Part shown: positions 19,626 to 30,721 of the stretch, piece after piece | Numbering within the stretch: position 1 is the stretch's first letter | How the letters are laid out: each line of letters opens with the position of its first letter | Translations under genes and position numbers: made by a program | Virus record (IMG/VR): IMGVR_UViG_3300030095_004968 | Span: 1-37,829 of that record | Length of the DNA stretch: 37,829 nucleotides | Source: a virus | Lineage: Duplodnaviria; Caudoviricetes | Direction: 5' to 3' (one strand) | Notes under the pieces: generated by a model | The model's database searches: none | The model's input: only the letters and a program-made list of their open reading frames with translations | Told to the model about the DNA's origin: nothing

Positions 19626-20786
19626 ATGCCCGGAGAAACATATGGAGGACCGTACTTTGGAGATCGAACAGTTCTTGTGTTCGATACTAATGGTAATTAC
19701 CTCAATAGAAATATTTTAGGATTTACATCCGATGTTGTTTTTTCTGGTATTACATCTGCCACCACCGAGTATGTAAATGCAGGTGGAAATACTTTTGCAA
19801 CGAATGACGAACTTAAGCGATTTATTGCAAGTACGTTTTTTGCACAAACTAATCGGCGTAGAGATTTCTTAGAAGAAGGTAAAAAATCTCCATCGCTTTC
19901 CAACGTCGCTAACTTTGCGAGTGCCGCTGCTACTTCTGCCAAGGGTGTAACGATTCCTCCTCGGTCACGAACACTTTCTAAAATCGATCCACGAAGTTCT
20001 CACTTTGTTTATCTTGCCGCAACATCAGGTTATTTTACTGCTGATCACGGTGACGAGATTCAGATTAAAACAACAACCGGATTGACTCTTCAAGCCTACT
20101 TTGGCGGTAGTGCTGAGGGTGGTGGAACTCCCGGTGTTAGTGGTGGATTTACTTTTGGAATTTATATTTTTGGAGTTGGTAGAACTGCTGGTGTGACAGG
20201 AGCAACAGGCTTTGTAAACATCACTGCTGGTAACTCACTTGAAAATATGAGTAATGGAATTACAACTTCCTTACTTCGTAATGCTTTCATTCAAGGTGAT
20301 ACACTTACACCAAATATTGCACGAACAATTGTTAATTTTTCTTCATTCAGAGACAGTATTATTTCACAAATGGCTGCCTCAACTTCAGAAATTAGACAAG
20401 TAACTTCAACCTTTGCAGATGCAACCACTGTAACGTACCCTGTACACTTTAAGATGCTTGAAGAATTGCAAGACTTTAAAACTTTGGTTGATGCAAATCA
20501 TAAAGTATATGGTAGAACAGCCGCCGCCTTTATCGAAACAATCGAAGTCCGTGGACTAAGTGGTGCTACCTTCCCATTGTCAGTGACCGGAGGTGGTGGT
20601 TCTACCACGCACGCATTCCCCGGATCTGCTGGGTTTACAGGATCGTCTGAGTTTGATGTGGTTCTTTTTGATGCGTTCAATCATCGTCTTGTAACACTTC
20701 GACAACCTATTAAAACCAATTTCGATAAACTCATCCCGTTTACGACTATTCGTGAACTTGAGCAAGTCAACTTCCTTACTCTCTAA
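19626..20786 (+). CDS. Hypothetical Gly/Thr-rich virion protein (386 aa), in the position of wac/fibre accessory genes
   Basis: AGGAG SD at 19612-19616. Long ORF between the fibre and gp13 with about 17 G-X-T motifs. Confidence 0.8.
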   Translation: MPGETYGGPYFGDRTVLVFDTNGNYLNRNILGFTSDVVFSGITSATTEYVNAGGNTFATNDELKRFIASTFFAQTNRRRDFLEEGKKSPSLSNVANFASAAATSAKGVTIPPRSRTLSKIDPRSSHFVYLAATSGYFTADHGDEIQIKTTTGLTLQAYFGGSAEGGGTPGVSGGFTFGIYIFGVGRTAGVTGATGFVNITAGNSLENMSNGITTSLLRNAFIQGDTLTPNIARTIVNFSSFRDSIISQMAASTSEIRQVTSTFADATTVTYPVHFKMLEELQDFKTLVDANHKVYGRTAAAFIETIEVRGLSGATFPLSVTGGGGSTTHAFPGSAGFTGSSEFDVVLFDAFNHRLVTLRQPIKTNFDKLIPFTTIRELEQVNFLTL

Positions 20787-20841
20787 TGTCAAAAGATAGC
20801 GATAACCGTCCGAAGAACAATATCAAAAGACGTAGGAAGCC

Positions 20842-20874
20842 TCGCTCCAATACATATAAAAGGACAAGGAGCGA
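20842..20874 (+). promoter_or_regulatory. Hairpin (TCGCTCC/GGAGCGA) that sequesters the gp13 SD, with late-promoter-like AATACATA (20849-20856) in the loop
   Basis: Perfect 7-bp inverted repeat at 20842-20848 and 20868-20874. The 3' arm overlaps the AAGGAG SD at 20866-20871. Confidence 0.6.
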
Positions 20875-20879
20875 ATTAG

Positions 20880-21674
20880 ATGGCAATACCAACGACACGC
20901 GAAGAACTAAAGCAGTATGCTCTAAGAAAACTCGGCGCACCCGTAATCGAGATCAATGTTGACGATGCTCAACTTGAAGATGCTCTCGATGATGCGATTC
21001 AGATTTTCAACGAGTATCACTTCGATGGTGTAGAACGTGCGTTATTCAAGCACGCAATTACACAAGATGATATCAATAACGGGTTTATTGATACAAATAA
21101 TCTTGGTTTGACTGGACCAAACGACTACCCACAGGTCGCTGGTGGTGCAAAAATTGTATCAATCACCAAAGCATTTCAGTTTGACGGTGGTGGTGCAGGG
21201 TCTAACATGTTTAGTGTTCGTTATCAAATGGCACTAAATGACACTTACGGTCTTCGATATGGTGGGGACATGACAAACTATTACATCGCCCAGTCATATA
21301 TCAGTCTTCTGTCTGATCTTTTGGATCCAGAAAAGCAAATTCGTTTTAATAGAGTAACAAATCGTGTCTACATTGACATGAACTGGTCAGAGACTGTTAG
21401 TGTAGGTGACTTTATTGTTCTCGACTGTTATGTGGCAGTTGATCCGTCAGTGTACACCGAAGCATTTAATGATATCTTGCTTAAAAGATATGTCACTGCC
21501 TCTTTCAAAAAGCAGTGGGGTATGAATCTAATGAAGTATCAAAATATTAATCTTCCGGGTGGTGTTCAATTTAATGCTGATCAACTTATGTCGATGGCAG
21601 ATCAAGAGATGAATCAAATTGAAGAACAACTCCAAGACAAGTATGAACTACCACCGGACTTCTGTGTAGGCTAA
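20880..21674 (+). CDS. gp13: Neck protein gp13
   Basis: P.TREELKQYALRKLGAPVIEINVDDAQLED..DDA.Q.F.EYHFDG and LKRY.TA..KKQWG.NL.KY.....PGGV motifs. Confidence 0.95.
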   Translation: MAIPTTREELKQYALRKLGAPVIEINVDDAQLEDALDDAIQIFNEYHFDGVERALFKHAITQDDINNGFIDTNNLGLTGPNDYPQVAGGAKIVSITKAFQFDGGGAGSNMFSVRYQMALNDTYGLRYGGDMTNYYIAQSYISLLSDLLDPEKQIRFNRVTNRVYIDMNWSETVSVGDFIVLDCYVAVDPSVYTEAFNDILLKRYVTASFKKQWGMNLMKYQNINLPGGVQFNADQLMSMADQEMNQIEEQLQDKYELPPDFCVG

Positions 21675-21676
21675 TC

Positions 21677-22549
21677 ATGGCAACGAATCAATATTTCAAT
21701 AAGTTTAAAAACACCGCCGAGCAAACACTCGTTCAAGACCTCGTTGATGAAACCATCAAAATTCACGGGGTCGATATGGTGTATGTACCAAGAACTTTGG
21801 TAAATGTTGATGAAATCTTTGGAGAAGATCGGCAGCCCAAGTTTGAAAATGGTAGAGAACTTGAAATGTACATCGACTCATATGATGGGTTTGAAGGTGA
21901 AGGCGAAGTGATGACATCAGTTGGTCTTTCGATCAAAGATGAAATGACACTCACTGTTTCCAAAAGAAGATTCTTACAAGTTTTTGCTGATGAAAATTAT
22001 CCATATCCCAGAGAGGGTGATCTCGTTTTTTTCCCACTCTCAAATGGTTTATTTGAAATTAACTTTGTGGAAAGAGAACAAAACTTTTTTAACTTCGGTA
22101 AAATTTTCTCTTATCAGTTGAAGTGTAGTCTGTTCCGTTATGCTGGATCTGACTTTGATACAGGCTTCGATCAAATCGACGGGGTTACATCTACCGCTGT
22201 TGATCAACTTTATGTTGCCCAGATGGGAAGCACTGGCTCTGGTAACTTTACAGAGGGCGAGGTCGCATACTTGTATGATACCAGTGGTGTGACTGGTGCA
22301 ACCATGAATGTGATTGATTGGAACTCCAGCACCAAACAAGCAGAACTTCAACTTGTTTCTGGCAATACGGATAACTTTAGAAATCTCTTGGGTGACTCTT
22401 CCGGTGCGACGTACCACATCGACTCGATTGGACTTACTGCGGACTTCTTTGTTAAGGATGTATTTGAAGACAACACCGCCTTTGGTTTAGAATCTTCTTC
22501 ATTCTTAGATTTTACTGATACCGATCCATTCTCAGAAGGTGACCTGTAA
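21677..22549 (+). CDS. gp14: Neck protein gp14
   Basis: EQ.LVQDLV.E.IKI.G.D..YVPR, P.EGDL.FFP.....FEI.FVE.E..F...GK...Y.L.C.LF.Y, and a C-terminal LDFT..DPF.E. Confidence 0.95.
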   Translation: MATNQYFNKFKNTAEQTLVQDLVDETIKIHGVDMVYVPRTLVNVDEIFGEDRQPKFENGRELEMYIDSYDGFEGEGEVMTSVGLSIKDEMTLTVSKRRFLQVFADENYPYPREGDLVFFPLSNGLFEINFVEREQNFFNFGKIFSYQLKCSLFRYAGSDFDTGFDQIDGVTSTAVDQLYVAQMGSTGSGNFTEGEVAYLYDTSGVTGATMNVIDWNSSTKQAELQLVSGNTDNFRNLLGDSSGATYHIDSIGLTADFFVKDVFEDNTAFGLESSSFLDFTDTDPFSEGDL

Positions 22550-23368
22550 TGTTTGATGTATTTTATAACGAATCATTGAGAAAAACAGTGGTTGCATTTG
22601 GCAGCCTGTTTGATGAAATTTTTGTACAACGGCGTGATAAGAATGGTGATACTGTTAAAAGAGTTTTAGTCCCAATCACATACTCACCAAAAGAAAAATT
22701 TATAAGAATGCTTAATGAGTATCCACTGCTAAAAGGTGATGATACTACCGTTGCAATCTCAGAAGTGTTGCCTCGCATGGGATTCAACTTGACATCTATA
22801 AATTATGATCCAACAAGAAAAAGAAATACACTTTCACAAAGATACGCTACGACAGATACCACCGGGGTTTACAATAGGCAATATGCAGAAGTTCCGTACA
22901 CACTAAATTTTAGTTTAACAATCGTGACTCGAACTATGGATGACGCTTTGCAGATTGTTGAGCAAATCCTCGCTTACTTTACCCCGGACTTCACGGTAAC
23001 CCTGAATTACACTGACATCAATGCAAAAGTCGATCTGCCAATTATCATTCAGTCGATTACCCCCGAAGTGGATTATGAAGGTGATACGAACACACAAAGA
23101 ACAATTACATTTAACATGGATTTTTCTGCACTGAGTTACATTTTTTCTCCGATCAAAACACAGAAGCATATTACAAAAACAGATATCACAAACTTTTTTG
23201 CATTCTTTGAAGATAATGGTTGTGTCACTGGTCCGACTGGTGCAGCGTCAAGAATTATTACAAGTGTTACTGGACCCTCTGGTGCGAATACTCTCCCACC
23301 TTTGGCGGGAACCACACAAGAAATCTTCGTGTATCCCAACACACTGAGTATAACTGGAGGCACACAAG

Positions 23369-23379
<11 letters not shown>
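22549..23379 (+). CDS. gp15: Tail sheath stabiliser / tail terminator gp15
   Basis: FYNESLRK.VVAFG.LF..I, VPI.Y.PKEKF, LPRMGF, VPY.L.F.L and DALQIVEQIL.YF.P.F motifs. Confidence 0.95.
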
Positions 23380-25481
<2,102 letters not shown>

Positions 25482-25496
25482 TCTTGGCATTTGATA

Positions 25497-25504
25497 GATA
25501 AATA
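25497..25504 (+). promoter_or_regulatory. Putative late promoter GATAAATA upstream of gp18, flanked by the inverted repeat TTGATA/TATCAA
   Basis: Intergenic, near-consensus T4-type late promoter followed by an AAGGAG SD. Confidence 0.7.
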
Positions 25505-25524
25505 AGTATCAAGGAGAATCATCT

Positions 25525-27915
25525 ATGGCATTTCAAGTCAGCCCCGGAGTTGAAGTAAAAGAAATCGATCTGACAACTATTGTTCCCGCTGTGTCTACAA
25601 CGGCGACTGGTTTCGCTGGTTTCTTTGAGTACGGTCCAATTGGACAACGAATCACACTAAATAACGTCAATGATCTTCGTCGGGTCTTTAAGGATCCATC
25701 AAACCTGAACGCTGACACTTGGTTTACCGCTGCCAACTTCTTAGGATACGGTGGAAATCTTAAAGTTGTTCGTGTTGTCGATGAAACCACATCGAAAAAT
25801 GCCTCTACAACGGGTACAGGATTTTTGATTAAAAATGAAGATGATTATGAAACATACGCAAGCACCGATGGTATTGCACCCGCATCACTTAGTAGCAATA
25901 ATTATGTGGCTAAGTACGCTGGTGGCTCCACAGTCGATCAAACCAAACTTTATGGTAACTCACTAAAGGTTTCTGTCTCAAACAGAACTGAAGTTGGAAT
26001 TCGTCTTTTAAATGATAATTTCACAATTCCTGCTGGTGAGACAGGTGGATTTACACTCGGCAATGATGTGCCGGGACCAGAAGCCGGTGATAAAACTTTC
26101 TTCTTCCAAGATATCGCAGGGGGAACTGGATCGGCAGTTGTCAATGAAGATTTACTCCGAGTCGGCACAGGTAATAGAACAATCATCGGAATCACAACCG
26201 GCGTAAGTAAACTGGATGTGACATTCGGAACTGGAACCGGATTCTCTAATGGTGCGAATGTCGCAGCGTCTGTTCCACAACAACTGGTGCTGGACACCGT
26301 ACTTCCTAGAACATCGGTTGTCACTGATGGATCTCAGAGAATCAGACTTCTGGGTGGTGCTACGCTCGCGGATGGTATCACTGTAAGTTACGCAACAATT
26401 ACTGGTGTTTCCCTTGATAGTAGTAATCTCATCAAGGGTATCTCTCTTGGAAACACCTTCGCTGGATTTAGAGGTTCAACAGAAATTCCATCTACATCTA
26501 TTATGGATGTTGTTGGATCAATTCAAGTTGGATCAACTCAAAGTGGTCAATCAGGTATTTCTTCTGGATTCGTTCGCTGGAGATATGCTGATAACTTCCA
26601 GACGGTTCTCCCAGATACATCTGCAACCGCACTTGCGGCTGGATGCTCATTCGACCTTGTAAACATTGCAGTTATCGATGAAGACGGGTTCTTCACTGGC
26701 ACTAAAGAAAGTGTTATTGAAACATTCGATGGTGTATCGGTTGCTCAAAATGCCAAAGACGGTCTTGGTAAATCACTTTTCTATCCCACGCTTATCAATG
26801 AGACTTCACAATACATTTGGTGGGGTGATCACGTTGATGATGACGAGGGACAATCGGGTGGTGGTGCTTGGGGTACAAATGCCTCTTCAACACTTACTGA
26901 CGGAAGATACGTTCGTTTGAATAGAAACTTCTACGCTTCTCTTGCGGGTGGTCGTTCTGATAAACCAGCAGGAAACGATTTTATTACAAATGGCTACGAA
27001 CTCTTTGAAGATTCGGAAACTGTTGATGTGTCAATTCTCTTGGGTGGTAGTAACACTGATACCCAAGCAAAGAGTATTGTTGACATCTGTGATAAGAGAA
27101 AAGATTGTATCACATTCCTTTCCCCACCGAAAACAGCACTCCTTACATCTACGGATGCTCCGCGAGATGCGAAAGTTCAAACAGCAAATGTCGTAGCATA
27201 CCGAAAGGGTGAGAATGCAGGACCAAATGGTGGCTCTGAAGACTACACGACAAACAACTTGAATGTTTCTTCATCTTACGCAGTTCTGGATTCTGGTTGG
27301 AAGTATCAATTCGATAGATTCAATGATGTCTTCCGATACGTTCCGTTGAATGGTGACCTTGCTGGTATTGCAGTGAGATCAGACTTTGCTACAGAGACTT
27401 GGTTCTCTCCTGCTGGTTTCAACCGTGGACAAGTTAGAGATATCGTGAAACTTGCATTGAACCCGAAACAGGCTCAACGAGATGATCTCTACATCAATGG
27501 TATTAACCCTGTTGTCTCTTTCCCCGGTCAAGGTACAGTTCTCTTTGGTGACAAAACACTGCTTTCAAGACCTAGTGCCTTCGATAGAATCAATGTTCGT
27601 AGATTGTTCATTGTTCTGGAGAAAGCAATTGCAACAGCGGCTAAGTTCAGCCTCTTTGAATTCAATGATTCATTCACCCGAGCGCAGTTCAAGAACCTCA
27701 TCGAGCCATTCTTGCTTGATGTTCAAAGCCGCCGTGGTTTGACTGACTTTAAGGTTGTCTGTGACGAAAGCAATAACACATCAGAAGTTATTGACAGAAA
27801 TGAATTCGTTGCTGATATCTTTATCAAGCCTAACCGTTCAATTAACTTTATCACGCTTAACTTCATTGCGACTCGTACGGGTGTCAACTTCGACGAAATC
27901 GCTGGGGTAGTTTGA
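25525..27915 (+). CDS. gp18: Tail sheath protein gp18
   Basis: MAFQVSPGVEVKEIDLT, AANFL.YG..L.VVR, WFSPAGFNRG, LFGDKT, SAFDRINVRRLF and IKP.RSINFI.LNFIA motifs. Confidence 0.97.
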   Translation: MAFQVSPGVEVKEIDLTTIVPAVSTTATGFAGFFEYGPIGQRITLNNVNDLRRVFKDPSNLNADTWFTAANFLGYGGNLKVVRVVDETTSKNASTTGTGFLIKNEDDYETYASTDGIAPASLSSNNYVAKYAGGSTVDQTKLYGNSLKVSVSNRTEVGIRLLNDNFTIPAGETGGFTLGNDVPGPEAGDKTFFFQDIAGGTGSAVVNEDLLRVGTGNRTIIGITTGVSKLDVTFGTGTGFSNGANVAASVPQQLVLDTVLPRTSVVTDGSQRIRLLGGATLADGITVSYATITGVSLDSSNLIKGISLGNTFAGFRGSTEIPSTSIMDVVGSIQVGSTQSGQSGISSGFVRWRYADNFQTVLPDTSATALAAGCSFDLVNIAVIDEDGFFTGTKESVIETFDGVSVAQNAKDGLGKSLFYPTLINETSQYIWWGDHVDDDEGQSGGGAWGTNASSTLTDGRYVRLNRNFYASLAGGRSDKPAGNDFITNGYELFEDSETVDVSILLGGSNTDTQAKSIVDICDKRKDCITFLSPPKTALLTSTDAPRDAKVQTANVVAYRKGENAGPNGGSEDYTTNNLNVSSSYAVLDSGWKYQFDRFNDVFRYVPLNGDLAGIAVRSDFATETWFSPAGFNRGQVRDIVKLALNPKQAQRDDLYINGINPVVSFPGQGTVLFGDKTLLSRPSAFDRINVRRLFIVLEKAIATAAKFSLFEFNDSFTRAQFKNLIEPFLLDVQSRRGLTDFKVVCDESNNTSEVIDRNEFVADIFIKPNRSINFITLNFIATRTGVNFDEIAGVV

Positions 27916-27923
27916 CATACATA
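27916..27923 (+). promoter_or_regulatory. Putative late promoter variant CATACATA upstream of gp19
   Basis: Intergenic NATAVATA motif followed by an AGGAG SD. Confidence 0.5.
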
Positions 27924-27940
27924 ACTCTAGGAGATAATAA

Positions 27941-28519
27941 ATGAACATTGACTCATTCAAAGACGCAGTAGGTGGCGGCGTAAGAAATGCCCTCTTTAGA
28001 GTGAATGGTTTTATTGGTAATCAAGGTGCTGACAACTCAGTTTCATTCTTATGTACTGCTGCTCAGTTACCGGCTTCAACTATTGGACAAACTATTGCCC
28101 CTTTCCGTGGAAGAAATATTAAAATTCCAACCTCAAGAACCTTTGAGGATTGGACAATTACGATTCTTTCCGACAGAGGCATGGTGCTTAGAAGTAAATT
28201 TGAACAATGGCTAGACTCGTTAAATGGAAGTAGAGATAATGTTGAACAGGTGCAAGATGCGGTAACAAATCTTTCATCTGCTTTCTTCACCGATTGGTAT
28301 GTTGATCAATTGGATCGTAGCGGTAAGGCAATTAAATCTTATCAATTCAAATACTGCTACCCCTCAAGTATTAGTTCTGTTGACTTGGCTGCTGCTGACG
28401 AAGAATTATCACAGTTCTCAGTTACACTTTCGTATTCTTACTTCTTAACAACTGGTGTGTCTACTGGTGGAAATACATCCACTGGTGTCCCCGGAGCCTT
28501 GACTCCTGCTACAGAGTAA
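27941..28519 (+). CDS. gp19: Tail tube protein gp19
   Basis: GG.R..LF.V, FLC.AAQLPAS.IG....PFRGR..K....RTFEDWTIT, LR..FE.W and V.QLDR.G motifs. Lies between gp18 and gp20. Confidence 0.95.
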   Translation: MNIDSFKDAVGGGVRNALFRVNGFIGNQGADNSVSFLCTAAQLPASTIGQTIAPFRGRNIKIPTSRTFEDWTITILSDRGMVLRSKFEQWLDSLNGSRDNVEQVQDAVTNLSSAFFTDWYVDQLDRSGKAIKSYQFKYCYPSSISSVDLAAADEELSQFSVTLSYSYFLTTGVSTGGNTSTGVPGALTPATE

Positions 28520-28535
28520 TAAAGGATGAATCATT

Positions 28536-30044
28536 ATGCCTGTTGAATTATTTGGTATTTCAATAGGGAGAGCGAAAAAAGAAGCGTTAGCAACTCAACA
28601 GCCAATTGAGAAAAAGGCAACATCTTTCGTTACCCCTGATCTCGACGATGCTCTACCAGTTGATGCTGGTGGTTATTTTGGTGTCGGTATTGACCTAGAT
28701 GGTGGTCTTCGCACAGAATCACAATTCATTTCTAAGTATCGTGAAATGGCGATGCAACCTGAAATTGAACAGGCTATCGAAGATGTCTGTAACGAAGCAA
28801 TTGTAAACGGCGACACTGAACGCTATCCTGTCTCAGTCAACATTAACAATAAAACAACTCCTGACACAGTTCGTAGAAAAATTGAAAACGAGTTTGCAAG
28901 TGTCCTCAAACTTCTTGATTTTAATAACAAGGGGTTTGAAATTTTCAGAAGATGGTACATTGACGGTAAAGGTTATTATCACATGATTGTTGATAAAAAC
29001 AATACCAAAAAGGGTATCATTGAAATGCGACCAATTGATGCGGCTAAGATTAAAAAAATTGCTAAAGTAGAAAAAGAAACTGACAAGGCAACAGGTGCTA
29101 AGAAAATTAAAGGTGTCAAAGAAGTTTACATCTTTAGAGAAAAACCAACTGATTCATCCGCCATTGAAATTGCACCAGAAGCAATTAATTATTTTCCGTC
29201 TGGACTTTTTGATGCGTCAAGAACTAGAGCCATTTCATATCTTCAAAAAGCAATCAAGCCTCTAAACCAGTTAAGAATGGTCGAAGATGCAACTGTAATC
29301 TATCGTCTTTCTCGTGCGCCTGAGCGAAGAATCTTTTACGTTGATGTTGGTTCGCTTCCCAAAAACAAAGCCGAGCAATATGTTCAAGGTTTGATGAATC
29401 GATACCGAAATAAACTGGTCTACGATGCTAATACAGGTGAACTTCGAGATGATCGAAAGTACATGAACATGTTGGAGGACTACTGGTTCCCCCGCCGCGA
29501 AGGTGGCAAAGGTACAGAGGTTTCTTCACTGCCGGGTGGTGAAAACTTGGGCGAAATGGAAGACGTATTGTACTTTGAGAAAAAACTTTACAAGTCTCTC
29601 AACATTCCCATGTCTCGTCTCGAATCTGATTCTGGATTTAACATGGGAAGAGCATCTGAAATTAGTCGTGATGAATTGAACTTTCAAAAGTTTATCAGTA
29701 GATTGAGAAATAAATTTAATCTTCTTTTCCTTAACACCCTTCGCGCCCAATGTATTCTTAAGGGAATTATCAAAGAGACTGAATGGTATAATATTCAACA
29801 GGACTTGCGTTTTGAATATGTTTCGGACTCCTATTTTACCGAAACCAAAGAGTATGAAATCCTCAAAGAGAGATTCGATGTTTTGCGTGAGATCAACGAT
29901 CATATCGGAGATTACTATTCTCGTGAATGGGTTCGTCGAAATATTCTTCGCCAATCTGAAACTGATATAATTAGTATGGATAAACAAATATCTAAAGAAC
30001 GCGAAAAAGGCTTGTTGCCTGATAAATCAAACGAGGGATTCTAA
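28536..30044 (+). CDS. gp20: Portal protein gp20
   Basis: FRRWYIDG, KAIKPLNQLRM.EDA.VIYRLSRAPERRIFYVDVG.LPK.KAEQY, EDYWFPRREGG.GTE...LPGG.NLG and I.RDEL.F motifs. Confidence 0.97.
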   Translation: MPVELFGISIGRAKKEALATQQPIEKKATSFVTPDLDDALPVDAGGYFGVGIDLDGGLRTESQFISKYREMAMQPEIEQAIEDVCNEAIVNGDTERYPVSVNINNKTTPDTVRRKIENEFASVLKLLDFNNKGFEIFRRWYIDGKGYYHMIVDKNNTKKGIIEMRPIDAAKIKKIAKVEKETDKATGAKKIKGVKEVYIFREKPTDSSAIEIAPEAINYFPSGLFDASRTRAISYLQKAIKPLNQLRMVEDATVIYRLSRAPERRIFYVDVGSLPKNKAEQYVQGLMNRYRNKLVYDANTGELRDDRKYMNMLEDYWFPRREGGKGTEVSSLPGGENLGEMEDVLYFEKKLYKSLNIPMSRLESDSGFNMGRASEISRDELNFQKFISRLRNKFNLLFLNTLRAQCILKGIIKETEWYNIQQDLRFEYVSDSYFTETKEYEILKERFDVLREINDHIGDYYSREWVRRNILRQSETDIISMDKQISKEREKGLLPDKSNEGF

Positions 30045-30721
30045 TGTCAAAATCAAAATTATTATTTGATTTGGTCGAAAACGGTGATCCGTCCACTGCT
30101 AAGTCTTACTTAACTGCTATGATGGCGGAGAAGGCTAGTCTTCGCATCGAGGAAGAGAAAAAGAAAGAACCGGAAAATGATTCTACTGCGTCTGCTGAAA
30201 TCAAAGCAGATACAGAAAAAGATGAAATTACACTTGATCCAGAGTTTCAGAAAGAGTTCTTCCTTAAAACCTTTGAGTATAAAGGCAAAATAATTACCCT
30301 TAAAAAAGTGGGCATGGGTGCTTCTGCTCCTGTCTCGGCATATGTTGACGGAAAAAGAAAAGATATTTTTCTTAGTTTAAAACAAGCCAGAAAAGGCATC
30401 AAGCAGATTATTGATATTGAGGAACCAAAAACTCCCACCGAGCCAACGCCCGAGAAGACAACCAGTGTTGAAGAGGTAGACGGTTACCCACCAACAGTAG
30501 ATTCGCTTAGAAACTCTGACGAGTTTGGTATTGCCCTAGTTCACGAAGATACAACAGTAAGTTTTTTAGATCATAATGAAATAAATGATTTACTTGAAAT
30601 ACACTCTAGGCTAAATAAAAAGAATAAGGATAACTTTGAAGATAGGCTTAGTAAGTCTCAAGAGTCTGCTTCAGACATGCTGCACTATTTTCAAGAAAGA
30701 ATTAAAAGGAATCTCGTATGA
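30044..30721 (+). CDS. Putative prohead core / internal head protein (gp67/gp68 locus), multi-domain
   Basis: Lies between portal and protease. Acidic and lysine-rich, with a gp67-like N-terminal helix, a central AYVDG...D.F.S...A.K module and [ILV]xE motifs. Confidence 0.65.
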   Translation: MSKSKLLFDLVENGDPSTAKSYLTAMMAEKASLRIEEEKKKEPENDSTASAEIKADTEKDEITLDPEFQKEFFLKTFEYKGKIITLKKVGMGASAPVSAYVDGKRKDIFLSLKQARKGIKQIIDIEEPKTPTEPTPEKTTSVEEVDGYPPTVDSLRNSDEFGIALVHEDTTVSFLDHNEINDLLEIHSRLNKKNKDNFEDRLSKSQESASDMLHYFQERIKRNLV

